A stretch of 64,000 nt of DNA from Octopus sinensis (lineage: Eukaryota), in the NCBI RefSeq assembly GCF_006345805.1, contig NC_043024.1, positions 930,001 through 994,000 on the forward strand. Reading direction: 5' to 3'. The position numbers were made by a program, and so were the translations under genes. A model generated the notes under the pieces. It saw only the letters and a list, made by a program, of their open reading frames with translations. It had not been told where the DNA came from and did not search any database. Numbering within the stretch: the first letter of the stretch is position 1; every line of letters starts with the position of its first letter. This document shows, piece by piece, positions 21,297 through 35,517 of the stretch.

Positions 21297-24200
21297 ATGA
21301 GAAAGTGAGTAACAATAGTCAAGAAATTAACAAAAATAGAGAAAAGCTCAGCCGAAAATATTTGTGCATTTCATTATTGTTGGGTGTATTTGTAAGTCAC
21401 CTCCTGTATTCAGTCTCTTTCATTTATGTGTTTGGAAAAAAAAGAGAAAAAAGTCAACCCATTTAGAATGTTACAAGGTTAGAATTACTTCTCTTATCTA
21501 TTTATTAATATTTCAGGTCAAAAAAAAATTATAAAAGTGTCAATGGCCGTACGAGGGATGACAAGGATTATGGCTAGTGTGGTGTATAGGTGTGTGTGTG
21601 TGTGTGTGTGGACTGTGCAGGTTGCAGTACTGGTTACTCACCAAGGGACTCAATAAACCTGAATAAGAAATTATGTGGTGTGTTTATGTAATAAATTGTA
21701 ACTTGCACTGTGAACAGGGAGATCTGAAAGGATGACTTGTGTATGCTCCAGCATGGCAGCATATGGGCAGAGTTGTGAGCAGGCTGGGTGAAATGCTTAG
21801 CGATATTCCATCCATTCTGTTGAGGTTGATTTTGGCTTTTATACTTCCAAGGTTGATAAAATAAGTACCAGTTGAATACTGGGGGTTGATTGTAATTGAC
21901 TCGACTACTCCTGGGTATGAGTATAAAAACTGCGCCACTCTGCCAAGCCATGTGGAACCAGTGTGGCAGAATAGGCTCATTAAACCTCAAATTAAATATC
22001 AAATCGTTTCCTGGTGGAGGGAACATGCTGAGCCCTACCCTACATCCAGCAGTGGACTGAACCAGGGCAATGCAATCCAATCCATGTTCCAGCAAATTCG
22101 AATGCTAACATGCTAATTGCTGTTGTGTGTGTCACAGGGGAACAACTTCTTCTTTTGCAACATCAGGGTGTTCATACCAAACTGGACCCATTTCTGCTAG
22201 GGATTCTAGGACACCAATATTGTGTTTTATCTGCTACTAGCACCCCAGGTTCTTTAAGTCTAAAGCAGAGCCAGGGTCCTTTGATTATAATTTCAGTGAA
22301 CAAACTGTTAGTTGATCAGTGTTCACACACACACAAACATGCACACACACACACACATGCATGCACACACGCACATACACACACACGTGCACAAAGAATA
22401 CCACCAGTTTCCATTTAATCAAACATGTTTCACCACATGTCTAAAGAATCGTTAGTCTAACGATGTTTTGCCAGCTGTCAGCTACTCGTGTGCTTTTGCT
22501 AGTATTTATACACACTGGAATTGTTCAAAGGCTGCGAGTGTATACATGTGTACATGCGTGCGCACGTGCACAAGTGTGTGCGTACTTGCAAGAGAGAAAT
22601 AACAAAGACATATACAAGCCAATGAGGGACAGAAAGACCTCTTTGCAGTTGTTGACGCTGCTAGAAATAGCAGTCAAATCTCCTCCAAGAATTGTGCTTT
22701 TTTTAATTTTTTATAAAATATAAAAGGAGAATCATTGAACAATGGTTGATAGCCCCTCATATACAAGAATATGAAATGGTCATGGTTGGATTGCTTCTCA
22801 CATTTTGATCTCAGGGATGCTCAATCAGGGCTGACCTGGGGCTATAACAAGACACACACCCCATGTGCTCTCTGGGGATTTCAGTCTTTCCTGTGTGGTC
22901 ACTCTTTTTTTTTACTCTCTTTGTTGATCAAAATGGTTTAAGATGACTAACCAAAGCTGTGTGGTTTAGAAGTTCGCTTTGCAGGATTTCAGGTTCAATC
23001 CCTCTGTGGAGCACCTTGGGCCAGTGTCTTCTACTACAGCTCTGGGCCAACCGATGCCGTGTGTGTGTGTGTGTGAACGCACATGTGTATTGGTGTCATT
23101 TGTCAGTCCAGCTGGTGTTGGTTTGTTCACATCCCTCTAACTCACTGGTTCAACAAAAGAAACTGATAGGATAAGCACCAGATTTTAAAAAATACGTTAA
23201 GTATAAAGGTTGATCTGTTTGACGAAAACCCTTCAAGGTGGTGATCCAGCATGGCCACAGTTGAGTAACTGAAAGAAATAATAAAGATATACTTCTCCAG
23301 ATTTTATTCTCAGCTTTACAAGTTTTCAGCCAGAATAATTAATAATGATGGTTTCAAATTTTGGCACAATGCCTGCAATTTCAAGGGAGTGGGTAAGTTG
23401 ATTCCACCGCCCCCCGCCCCCACGGTTGAACTCATACTTATTTTATTGACCACCACCAAGGATGGAATGCCCTATCTGATGATGATCAAAATGTGGAAAT
23501 ATAATTTTCTTTCACAGATATGGTTCCGGGTTCAGTCCCACTGCGTGGCACCTTGGGTAAGTGTCTTCTACTATAGCCTCAGGCCAACCAAAGCCGTCTC
23601 AGTGGATTTGGTAGACGGAAACTGAAAGAAGCCTGTCGTGTATATGTATATATATGTGTGTGCGTGTATGTATGTGCGTCTGTGTTTGTCCCCCTAGCAT
23701 TGCTTGACAATCGATGCCGGTGTGTTTACGTCCCCGTCACTTAGCGGTTTGGCAAAAGGGACCGATAGAATAAGTACTGGGCTTACAAAAGAATAAGTCC
23801 CGGGGTCGAGTTGCTCGATTAAAGGGGGTGCTCCAGCATGGCCGCAGTCAAATGACTGAAACAAGTAAAAGAGATATGTGTTATGTCCTGCATTCACGAC
23901 CCTCACAGGCACCTGGAGGCAGGTGAGATTTATGTAAAGGTTGAACACCTGTAAGTCAATACCTGTCCAGAGAAAGGAGGTGTGAATAGAACTGCAGAGG
24001 ATGGACACAATGGGGAGGAAATCTACAATAAGGACAAGAGTGAGGTTAGTAATTAATATCATTAACAATTCATCACAGACAATTAAGAGAGAGAAAGATT
24101 GGAGGTGGAGGGGGGAGTGAAAGAGGGAGAGAGAGAGAGGTGGGGAGATCATGGGCGTGGTAGAAATAAACATCTACCATGACACTACCCCACATTGCTG

Positions 24201-24573
24201 GAGTTTATCAATATCTTTAATAATTCAGTTGAAAAACAAATATTAATAGAAGTGAAACTGGGTCAACATTATCTTGCGACCGTTTGTGCTAATGTGTGTA
24301 AGATAAAACATGGATTGTGTGTGTGTGTCCGTGTGTCCCAACGAACAATTTATTGTTCGCACATCTGGGATAGATGCACATCTGCTTACTACAACAGTGA
24401 CATCAACAACCAGCAAACCTGCAGACACACTACGACTACCACTCGGCAGATGCTATACAACAGCCATCATCCTACCAGCACACTGCAACCACCTCCCAGA
24501 CACACCCACAACAGCCACCCCACCATACACATACTACAAACCCCCCACAGACACACAACCACCCTACAACACA

Positions 24574-24800
24574 TTAACTCTTTCGTTACCGTATTTCTGT
24601 TGAGATGCTCCATGTTTCTCTCAATTACTTTAAATATAACAAAGAATTTAGTAAAATAACTTAGTTATCATTCACTGGTGTTTGGAACATAAATTGTGAC
24701 TAAGGTTTGGTGGAAGATTTTAATTCAAAATCTATGAAAATAAGACATTTGAACTCAGCGCCAGAGCCGGTTTCAACCAGGTTGGTAACGAAAGGGTTAA
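24574..24800 (+). mobile_element. piggyBac-like MITE, family 1
   Basis: TTAA|CTCTTTCGTTAC...GTAACGAAAGGG|TTAA; interrupts a degenerate ACA/ACC-rich tract. Confidence 0.78.
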
Positions 24801-25184
24801 AGCCCCTCTCCAAGACACTACAAGCACCGCACACAGACACTACAACCACAACCCTGCAAACTCACAACAAATTATCTTCAGCCACAGACTCAAATTGACC
24901 AAAGATTGTGAGTGAAGAAATCCTGTCAGAGGAATCGTTCCTGCTCTTGGGTGGCAGACAATTTGTTCTGCAGTTTAAGTACCCTGACCCGACCTCGGGT
25001 ACTTTTAGCAGAGTACCCTCTGTTGTAACCATCCAAGTTAAACTGCCAGTCTCAAGGTAAAGGTCTTCCTCCAGCCCCTTATATTGGAGGGAGGGTAAAG
25101 AGCCTGGGGCACTGCTGTCCCTCCTTAAACTGAGTGATGTAAATAGAAGAAGAAAATAAACTTAAAATCAAAACAAGTGGGGCA

Positions 25185-25450
25185 CGGGCGTGGCTGGGTG
25201 GTAAGAAGCTTGCTCCCCAACTGCAGGGTTCCAGGTACAGTCCTACCTAAGCCCCACGCGGCTCCAGCAGAAGGCAATGGCAAACTTCTGCGGACTCTTT
25301 CGCCACAACTTTCTCTCATTCTTTCCTCCTGCATCTTGCAGCTCACCTGCGACGGACCAGTGTCCCGTCCAGGTGGGGAACCTATACGCCAAGGAAACCG
25401 GAAACCGGCCCTTATGAGCTAGGCATGGCTCGAGAAGGAACAAACAAAAA
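25185..25450 (+). mobile_element. Chimeric SINE: family-A-like tRNA head plus V-domain-like body
   Basis: Head GGCGTGGCTGGGTGGTAAGAAGCTTGC; CCTGCGACGGACCAGTGTCCCGTCCAGGTGGGG resembles the V-SINE domain; (AAC)-rich tail; related body on the minus strand at about 39060-39180. Confidence 0.6.
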
Positions 25451-25494
25451 CAACATTGACGTACAAAAAGTACAACCAGGCCTGTGATCTAAAG

Positions 25495-25847
25495 CAGCAG
25501 TTAACTGGGGTCCATATGATCCCTGAGGGGCCGTATAAAATTTTGGGGGGCCCATGTAACAAAATAGTAAATGAGGGATCCACAATAGTATTTTAAGGGA
25601 CCCTGAAAAAGTTTTTGCTTAGATGTATGATGAATTGCAAGAAATATCTAAGTCTCTTTCTCTAACATTTTGTAGAGTTAGGCGCAGGAGTGGCTGTGTG
25701 GTAAGTAGCTTGCTTACCAACCACACGGTTCCGGGTTCAGTCCCACTGCGTGGCACTTTGGGCAAGTGTCTTCTACTATAGCCTCGGGCCAACCAAAGCC
25801 TTGTGAGTGGATTTGGTAGACAAAACCGAAAGAAGCCCATCGTATAA

Positions 25848-25879
<32 letters not shown>

Positions 25880-26227
25880 TTGTCCCCCACCAACATCGTT
25901 TGACAACCAATGTTGATGTGTTTACGTCCCCGTAATCTAGCGGTTCAGCAAAAGGGACCGATAGAATAAGTACTAGGCTTACAAAGAATAAGTCCTGGGG
26001 GGCGATTTGCTCAACTAAAAGGCGGTGCTCCAGCACGGTCGCAGTCAAATGCCTGAAACAAGAAAGAGTTGAACCTTCACAAGTTAATATGTGAAAAACT
26101 AAATAGGAATTTTGAAGGATATTTCAATAAAGACTAGTTTTTAAAAATCTAATGGCTAAGGGAGCTCATCAGAATAAAATAGTAATCAAAGGGGTCCATA
26201 GATAAAAAAAATGGTTGAGAACCCCTA
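25495..26227 (+). mobile_element. hAT MITE with 8-bp TSD, interrupted by a SINE A
   Basis: TSD ATCTAAAG at 25487-25494 and 26228-26235; right TIR GTTGAGAACCCCTA, degenerate left TIR CAGCAGTT; GGGGTCC subterminal motifs. Confidence 0.85.
25681..26068 (+). mobile_element. SINE family A, full length, nested in the hAT MITE
   Basis: GGCGCAGGAGTGGCTGTGTGG...GCCTGAAACAAGAAAGAG. Confidence 0.9.
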
Positions 26228-27646
26228 ATCTAAAGATTCTTTCTTTTCCTTCCTTGGAAACAAGGTACCCTGGACTGCTACATTATCTAATAATGGTGTG
26301 CTATCCTTTTTAAGGCAGCAGGGTTTTTTCTGGAGTTTTTTTTTTTAACTTTTTTTTATTTTAAAAAATGTTTTAGTCACAGGACTACAGCCATGCTGGA
26401 GCACCAACAAGACAGATTAGTTGTACAGTACTTACTTCTTAAGTCTGCTACTTATTCTATCAAACATAAACAAACCAACACCAGTTGTCAAGGAGTGGTG
26501 GGGAACAAACACAACACACACACACATATATATGATGGGTTTCCTTCAGTTTCCATTTACCAAATCCACTCACAAGGCATTGGTCAGCCCAGGCCTATAG
26601 TATAAGGCACTTGCCCAAGGTGCCACGGAGTGGGACTGAACCCAAAAGCACATGGCTGACCTGGTGGTTAGCATATTGCACTCATGATTGCTAGATTGTA
26701 GGTTCAATTCCCATATCAGGCAGCACATTGTGTTCTTTAGCAAAACACTTCATTTCATATTGCGCTGTGATCATTTCGACATCTGACATGTGGGGAACTT
26801 GTGCACCGGTACAGGCAATGTCGATCCGATGATGGTGAGAGCCAGCTAATGTCCAGCATATACAGTTGGTCACTATGAACAAATCTTTCCTGTAAGCCAT
26901 TCAGCAAAAACCTGAACAGCCATATGTCACCTTTTATCAAAAGACAGGGCTGAGGAAGATTTCACTGCTATTTCTAGCAGAATGAATGACCAGACAGTAG
27001 CACCCCCACCCCCCACATTAACTGACAGAATGCAGCAGCAAGGAATGGTAAGGTACCGTGAGGTATTTCGACTGCGTAAAGTGATAAGTTGAGCAATTTC
27101 TGAATGCAAGGAATTCCCGAAATACTAAACTTTCTGTTCACAGGATATTTGGAGTGTTTGATTACATCGACACATGCCCAACACGCATAACAACATAACA
27201 GGATTATATTTTAATATTTCGCTTTGGCAGTGCAGAGCTAACAACCTGGTGCTTAGAACTCGATACACAAACACATGCCTCCTCAGTACGAAGCATCAGT
27301 CGAGAAGAGAACGGTTATAAGACATTTGGATAAGAGAGGAAGAGACAATTATTACACGCTCAGCTATGAGAGGACCTCAATTAGCAGAAATAGCAGTCAA
27401 ATAACGAAGTTCAAAACACATTTGTTTATTCCTGTGAAATGTTGGTTTTCATGGAAAGTTATAATTAAAAAAAACAAAAAACAAAAACAATTTACATTAA
27501 ACTCAAGGATTATTCAATATTTTCTGAAAAGTAAATATCTGTTTATTTTCTTCTCTTTAACAAGAATAGCATTGACAGCTTCAGACTGTCTGATGAAGGC
27601 TCAACAGGATAAACCTTCGAAGTCACTGTTAACACCATTCTTCGTA

Positions 27647-27687
<41 letters not shown>

Positions 27688-27963
27688 ATGAAACTGAAAG
27701 AAGCCTGTCGTATATATGTATGTATGTATATAGATATATATATATATGTATGTGTGTGTATGTGTTTGTGTGTCTGTGTTTGTCCCCCTAACATCGCTTG
27801 ACAACCGATGCTGGTGTGTTTACGTCCCCGTCACTTAGCGGTTCGGCAAAAGAGACCGATAGAATAAGTACTGGGCTTACAAAGAATAAGTCCCGGGGTC
27901 GATTTGCTCGACTAAAAGGCGGTGCTCCAGCATGGCCGCAGTCAAATGACTGAAACAAGTAAA

Positions 27964-28010
<47 letters not shown>

Positions 28011-29336
28011 TGGTGCTATTAAGTTAGTCATGGCCTGGGCCAACACTGGCCAAAACCTCTCCAAGTTATTCTAAGTTATTCCAAGTTATTCTATATATAT
28101 ATATACACACACACACCCGTATATAAGCACTTAGTTGATTACGAAGTGATTTCATAATGAGCATAAAGAAGGGAGGCGACTGAGAGTATTAAAGGAAGTC
28201 ACCATAATTAGTTTCCCATCACTCACATCACTCTCTCTCTCTCTCTCTGCCTATGGTGTATGTGTGTGTATGTATATGCATATACTTTATATACACACAT
28301 GTACACATGCATATATATATATATATATACAGACATACACATGCATACACGCATATATACATACACAGACATGTTTGCATGCATACATACATAGACACAC
28401 ATGAACACATGCACACGTGTGTGTGTGTATATATATAACACACACACACAAACATACATGCGTGTATATACATACATTCATACAAAGATTATATATATAA
28501 CTATGTATGTATATATACAACTATATATATATATATAATATATATATATATAGTGGAGTTGAATGCTAACATGCTTAATGCAGTAAGTCACAAAAATTTA
28601 ATTAAAATTCCAACTTGATTGAAAAGACCAAATTAAATACGTGATTCGGTGACCTTTAATAGTACATGACCACCCCAGTATGTTCCAGTCTTATTAGACC
28701 ACATCAGCAAAGCCTAGTCTAACTCAGGGAAGTTCTCCAAATGACCTCAGAACAAAGTGGACCCCGTTCTATGTTTAATTACTTATTATTTATCTTTTAT
28801 CTTCTACTTGTTCCTGTCACTAGACTATGGCCATGCTGGAGCACTGCTTTGAAATAATTTTAGTCAAATAAATCAACCCTAGTACTTTTATTTTTTTAAG
28901 CCTGAAACTTATTCTCTTGATCTCTTTTACTGAACTGCTAAGTTACAGGGACATAAACACACCACCACCAGTTTTCAAGCGGAGGTGGGGGACAAATTCA
29001 GACATAAAGATACGGACATATAGACACCTGCACACACACAATGGGCTTCTTTCAGTTTCCATCAACCAAATCCACGGCTCAAGGCTATAGTAGAAGAAAC
29101 CTGCCCAAGGTGCCATGCTGTGAGACTGAACTCAGAACCATATGGTTTAGAAGCAAACTCCTTACCACACAGCCACCCCTGCCACCCACTAAAATTTTAG
29201 GGTTACCTTTTGAATAAATCTAATTAGTTATAATTTCTTAATTATATTTTATAATTCAAATTATGTCTAGTGTGCCAGTGTTTACTCGATTTAAAGTCTA
29301 CATGCGGCAGGCATCCCTGGGTATCTTTCCCATGCC

Positions 29337-29378
<42 letters not shown>

Positions 29379-29505
29379 AACACACAAAAACATTCAAGAC
29401 TCCTTGCTATGATTCTTTCAACCTACTTAGCTATTTTTTTTTTCAAGTGGTACTTAAAAAAAACTTAAATAAGTGGAAATTATTGTAAGAGAGAAGTCTT
29501 AAATA

Positions 29506-29540
<35 letters not shown>

Positions 29541-31568
29541 ACCATGTTTGGATTGAACATTAAGATTTGAAGAACCAATTGACCCCTATTCAACAAATAA
29601 AAATTTATGTGTGTTTACATAATGTGCATAAATATATGTAAACATCTTTATTTATATATATATATACACACACACATCCATATACACATACCCATGCATA
29701 CATATATATACACAACCACACATACACCCCCATATATAGACACGTATATAGACACCTCACATACATACGCCCAGGATCCTTTTTTTAAGAACCAGTGCTT
29801 AGCTCTAGTTTTATTGCATGAAACCCAGGAGAGAGACACGAGAGCCTTACAGAATGTAAATAATCCCATCACATCAAACACACACACACACACACACATA
29901 CACGCAGCAATTTAATTCCAGGTTTAATCAAAAGCAAGAAAAACAAACAAATATATTCTTAATCACAAATATCCACAGGATTGATACTCATTCAGAATCC
30001 AAAGCAGGGAAATGATGAAATCTCTGCCATGATGACGAGGCCAGTCTCAGCAGACCAGGCAACATTTTAATTAATTCAAAGAGCACAGCAGTGAATTCTA
30101 TACGCTACTGTGTGTATATATATATATATATATATATAGGTGCAGGTGTGGAGGTGTGGTAAGAAGTTTGCTGCCCAGCCATGTGGTCTTTGGTTCAATC
30201 TCACTACACAGCACCTTAGGCAAGTATCTTCCACTATAGCTCTGGGCCAACCAAAGAGTTGTGAAACCCATAGCATGCATTTTTACACACACACACAAGT
30301 GAAGTACTGAAAAGTTCCTGGGTATTGTGTAAGGCCTGGTTGGAGGTCCAACCTTTCAAGTTCTGAGAGGGGAGTATGTTAAATAAAATCATAATTAATC
30401 CAGGCAGATTATCTATAAAGCAGACTAGAAATGATTACCAGTAATGCATGGAGTAATAATCCATTAAAGATATGATTTTCTCATGACTGTATGACTGTAA
30501 GAAGCTTGTTTCTCAACCCCATGGCACTGTGTGACACCTTGGGCAAGTCTCTTCTACTATAGCTTTGGGCTGACCAAAGCCTTCTGACTGGATTTGGTAG
30601 ACGGAAACTGAAAGAAACCCATCAATTATACACATATATATGTGTGTGGATGCATGTGTATGTGTGTGTGTGCACACATGCATGTGCCTTTGTTTGTTCC
30701 CCACTATCACTTGACAACCGGTGTTGGTGTGTTTACATCCTCACAACTTAGGGTTTGGCAAAAGAGATTGATAAAATGAGTACCACACTGGAAAATAAGT
30801 AAGGGGTTGATTCCTTGGATTAAAAAAATTCTTCTAAGTAGTGCCCCATGATGGCTGCAGTCTAATGACTGAAACAAGTAAACGATAAACGATACAGAGA
30901 CAGGGTAGATAATTGGTGGGAGGTGGGGGTAGTATAACGAGTTCAGGTGGTCACACCGTACTCCCTACAATGATGAACCACTATGTGTTTAGGCTGCAGT
31001 ATGGTGGTCAGTTAGACAGAGGCAAGATATGACACGCTTTGTACATCGGTTATTGCCTCTGTGCCAGAGGTCTTTTATCAACAACAACAAGAGGCATCCA
31101 GGAATAGAGTAGAAGCAAGGAGAGAGAGTGTATATAACATGTTCAGACTGGCAGAGTACACCGTGTATGATTAATGAGTGTGGGTTGAACAACCAGACAG
31201 AGAGATGGCGTGATCTGCAACAAAAAATTTGAGGGTTGTGGGTTCGAACTCAGTTGTTCCAACCAACGAACTATGCTCTCTAAGTCTGCAGGATCAAACA
31301 GAGCCCTGATGGGAGTCAGGAGCGAGAGGGACCCATGCAGAATTATTTATTGGGCCAAACAAAATGGCTGAATAACATTTCGTCCATCTTTATGTTCTGA
31401 GTTTAAATTCAACAAAGGGTCAACTTTTTGCCTTTCATCTTTTTGGGGGTTGATAAAATAAGAACCAGCATTGGGGGGCGGGAGGGGGGAGGGGTCAATG
31501 CAGTCAACTTACTCTCTCCCCTGAATTTGCTGGCCTTGTGCAAAATTTGAAACCAAAACTACTACTAC

Positions 31569-31607
<39 letters not shown>

Positions 31608-31760
31608 TAATTTTTTTTATTTCTTTACTACCCACAAGGGGCTAAACACAGAGGGGACAAACAAGGACAGACAAACGGATTAAGTCTATTATATCGACCC
31701 CAGTGCGTAACTGGTACTTATTTAATCAACCCCGAAAGGATGAAAGGCAAAGTCGACCTC

Positions 31761-31796
<36 letters not shown>

Positions 31797-31880
31797 CCTT
31801 GCTATTATAGGCACAAGGCCTGAAATTTGTGGGGAGGGGACTAGTTGATTACATCAAACCCCAGTACACAACTGGTACTT

Positions 31881-32180
31881 GTTTGGCCTCCGTGCTGGTG
31901 GCATATAACAAACACCATCTGATCGTGGCCGTGCCAGTGGCACGTAAAAAGCACCATCCGAGTATGGCCGTTCGCCAGCCTCGTCTGGCACCTGTGTTGG
32001 TGGCACATAAAAGGCACCCACTACACTCATGGAGTGGTTGGCGTTAGGAAGGGCATCCAGCTGTAGAATCTCTGCCAGATCAGACTGGAGCCTGGTGCAG
32101 CCTCCTGGCAGTCCAGACCCCAGTTGAACCGTCCAACCCATGCTAGCATGGAAAACGGACGTTAAACGATGATGATGATG
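31881..32180 (+). mobile_element. RTE-type tail nested inside a minus-strand SINE B
   Basis: SINE B sequence stops at ...ACTGGTACTT (31880) and resumes at AAAGGACGAAAGGCAAAG after the (GAT)n tail. Confidence 0.8.
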
Positions 32181-33519
32181 AAAGGACGAAAGGCAAAGTT
32201 GACTTTGGTGTAATTTGAGCTCAGAACACGAAGGCAGACAATATGCCACTAAGCATTTTGCCTGGTGTGCTAATGGTTCTACCAGCTCACTACATTATTA
32301 ATAATAATAATAATAATAAATGCTTAGCAGTATTTCATCTGTCTTTACATTCCGAGTTCAAATTCTGCCGAGGTCAACTTTGCCTTTCATCCTTTCAGGG
32401 TCGATAAATCAAGTACCCCCCTAACCCAAAATTCCAGGCCTTGTGCCTAGAGTAGAAAAGAACAATAATAATAATAATAGTAGTAGTAGTAGTAGTATAG
32501 TAGTAGTAGTAGTAAAAGTTCTTGTGTGTGTGTATGTACACACAGAGAAAACCATGCGTGCACAACACACACTCGCTCTGTTACACAAGAAATATTGTTT
32601 TGAAAGGCAATTGATGATGATGTGGTGGTAGAGAAACTACAGAAGGAGGCATGTTTGGTCGTTATTTTGTCATTCATTAAAAAGAAGAAAAAAAAGGTGT
32701 CAAATCAAACAAGAATTATTTAAATAGCTGCAACAGCAGAAGCAGCCTTGGTGACCTCTGATTTTCCAGCTGCTGTATTCAGGGCTGGTTGTTTTATAAT
32801 CAAAATTTATCTATTGAATGGTTGATTAAATCGTAATAATTACAGTGATAATCACCATATTACTGGTAATGAATGTGTGTGGGTGTGCAAGACCCACCCA
32901 CCCGCACATAAATACAGTCACGTAGACACATACAGACATATGTGCACTATATGTAAATAGGCACACACTCTTGCATACACCTACATATATACACACATGT
33001 AAGCACACACTCTTGCATACACCTACATATATACACACATGTAGGCACACACAGACGCTGGTTTTGATAGTTCCCATATGTTGCTCCAAATTCCTTTGTA
33101 TTTCAGCAACAGATTAAATATTTTCTATAACGTTAATTAGCGTTGTTACGTTCGTTATGTAACAGCCCACCCACACCTACAGGCAATCCTTTTGAAACAG
33201 GCCTACGTAGAATATTATGATTTAACTCCAGTCAACTGTGACGGGGCAGAATTATGCTCAAAGGCCCTGTTTATTGTCCCTTTTAATTTTCTTTTACGGG
33301 AACATCCAATGTATTTCCTGGCTCCTCCTTCCTAGGGGTCGGTCATCACATGGTGACACACAGCAAGCATTTGCTCCACTTGGAACTGGTACAGACTGGG
33401 AGAGTCTAATTGCCTAATTAAAAGTTTCATGTCCACTTTCCTATGCATACAGGTGGCAGCAGCAGTAGTAACACTGAAAAATACCTGAGGAATGAGAACC
33501 CAGGTTCGAAATTTCCCCA

Positions 33520-33905
33520 AGACACCTGATGAAGGCTGGAGGGTATATCAACCGAAACAAGATGAAGACAAATATCCGTCAAATGTAAATAATGTAAATA
33601 ATGTACATAATTCCTCATCTCTTAAATATAGAACATATATGACCATCCCCACCTGCAGCTTCCCTCTAATCACAAGAAGACACTTACCCAGGGATTGAAC
33701 CTGAAACGATGAATCTGGGAAGCTAGCTTCTCAACCACACCACCCTTCATATACCTTTTACTCTTTTACTTGTAGCCATGCTGGAGCACTGCCTTAAATG
33801 ATGAAGGCTGGAGGGTATATCAGCCGAAACGTTGTGTTAACAACAAACAGGAGGAGGACAAATATCCGTCAAATGTAAATAATTCTTCATCTCTTAAATA
33901 TAGAG
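33520..33905 (+). ncRNA. Two about 110-bp direct repeats, each with part of a minimal Penelope-type hammerhead ribozyme
   Basis: Copy 1: GACAC-CTGATGA-A-GGCTG...CAACC-GAAAC (33521-33558). Copy 2: TGATGA-A-GGCTG...CAGCC-GAA-ACGT-T-GTGTT (33799-33838). Both share the same downstream sequence. Confidence 0.75.
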
Positions 33906-34219
33906 CTGTACTAAACAACTGGTTTATACTATATGGTTTATTATCAATAACACACACACACATTATATGATGGGCTTCTTTCAGTTTCCGTCTATCAAAT
34001 GCATTCACAAAGTCTTTGGTCAACCCCGAGTCATCATCAAAGACACTTGTCCCAGGTACCATGCAGTGGAACTAAACATGGTTGGGAAGCAAACTGCTTA
34101 CCACAGGGCCATCCCTGCACCTATTAAATGTGCTTCTATAATGCTTTTGTGAAGAATTGGTGATCACTAGTCTAAAAGTGTTCTGCTAGTCTTGGTTACA
34201 TGGTTTCAAGTGCAAACTA

Positions 34220-34385
34220 AGGAGTGGCTGTGTGGTAAGTAGCTTGCTAACCAACCACATGGTTCCGGGTTCAGTCCCACTGCGTGGGATCTTGGGCAAG
34301 TGTCTTCTGCTATAGCCCCGGGCCGACCAATGCCTTGTGAGTGGATTTGGTAGATGGAAACTGAAAGAAGCCTGTCGTATATATG

Positions 34386-34416
<31 letters not shown>

Positions 34417-34620
34417 GTGTGTGTCTGTGTTTGTCCCCCTAGCATTGCTTGACAACCGATGCTGGTGTGTTTATGTCCCCGTCACTTAGCGGTTCAGCAA
34501 AAGAGACCGATAGAATAAGTACTGGGCTTACAAAGAATAAATCCCAGGGTCAATTTGCTCGACTAAAGGCGGTGCTCCAGCATGGCTGCAGTCAAATGAC
34601 TGAAACAAGTAAAAGAGTAA
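34220..34620 (+). mobile_element. SINE family A, young subfamily
   Basis: Diagnostic GCTTGCTAACC, TCTGCTATAGCC and CCAATGCCTTG variants shared with 43312, 47252 (GCTAACC, TCTGCTATAGCC) and 54175 copies. Confidence 0.9.
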
Positions 34621-35475
34621 TATCCTACCTAATTGACACAATAGAAGAAAAAGAAAAAAGGGTCAATGGTGCAAGTATGGTTATGTGTTAAGATGTTTGT
34701 TTCCAGTCACAAGGTTCTGGGTACAGTCCCACGACATGGCACCTTGGGCAGGTGTCTTCTATTGTCGCCCTGGTCTGATCAAAGCCTTCTGAGTGGACTT
34801 GGTAAATAGAAACTGAAAGAAGGCTTCATACACCCACACACGTGTTTGTGTGTGTGCATGTGTGTGTGTTTGTCTCCCGCAATGCTTGATAATTGGTGTT
34901 GGTTTGTTTACATCTCTGTAACCTAATGGCTCAGCAAAAGGGAGTGACAGAATAAGTACCAGGTTTAAAAAAAAAAAGGGAAAGAAAAACCTAAAAACTG
35001 GGGTCGATTCGTTCCATCAAAACCTTTTGCGGTGGTGTCTCAGCATGGCCGCAGTCCAATGACCAGATTAAGTAAAACCACAGAAGGTACATTGTTTTAG
35101 CAGCAAAAAGAAGGCAATAACCCATGCAAATGCAGAAAGTATGCCAATGCATATCATTACACACGAATACCTTTACAGCAAATATGACAAGAGACACACA
35201 CACACACACACAGCCCAGCAAACAGATACCAAATAGCTATTGACCTACATACAGAGAGAGAGAGAGAGAGAGCCTTAGTTATGACCTTGATATGTCAGGT
35301 CTTGCACAGTGACAACTGACAGCACCATCACATATGCACCTTAGCATGCCTAGTGCATTCCTGGGTACTTTTCCTTGTTCTTACTATCCAGCCTCTAACA
35401 CAGGTTATATTACGATACTTAGGTAGCCAAACACTTATAACACACACTCATCTCTATAGCATGACATACATAAAT

Positions 35476-35517
<42 letters not shown>

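Noticed and set aside
27585-27635. Hammerhead-like CTGATGAAGG...CCTTCGAAG
   Set aside because: Core start and a 4-bp helix II are present, but there is no GAAA/helix III palindrome or helix I; at most a heavily decayed remnant.
30300-30450. Mariner-like TIR fragment (CTGAAAAGTTCCTGG)
   Set aside because: No partner TIR, TA duplication or coding remnant could be identified.
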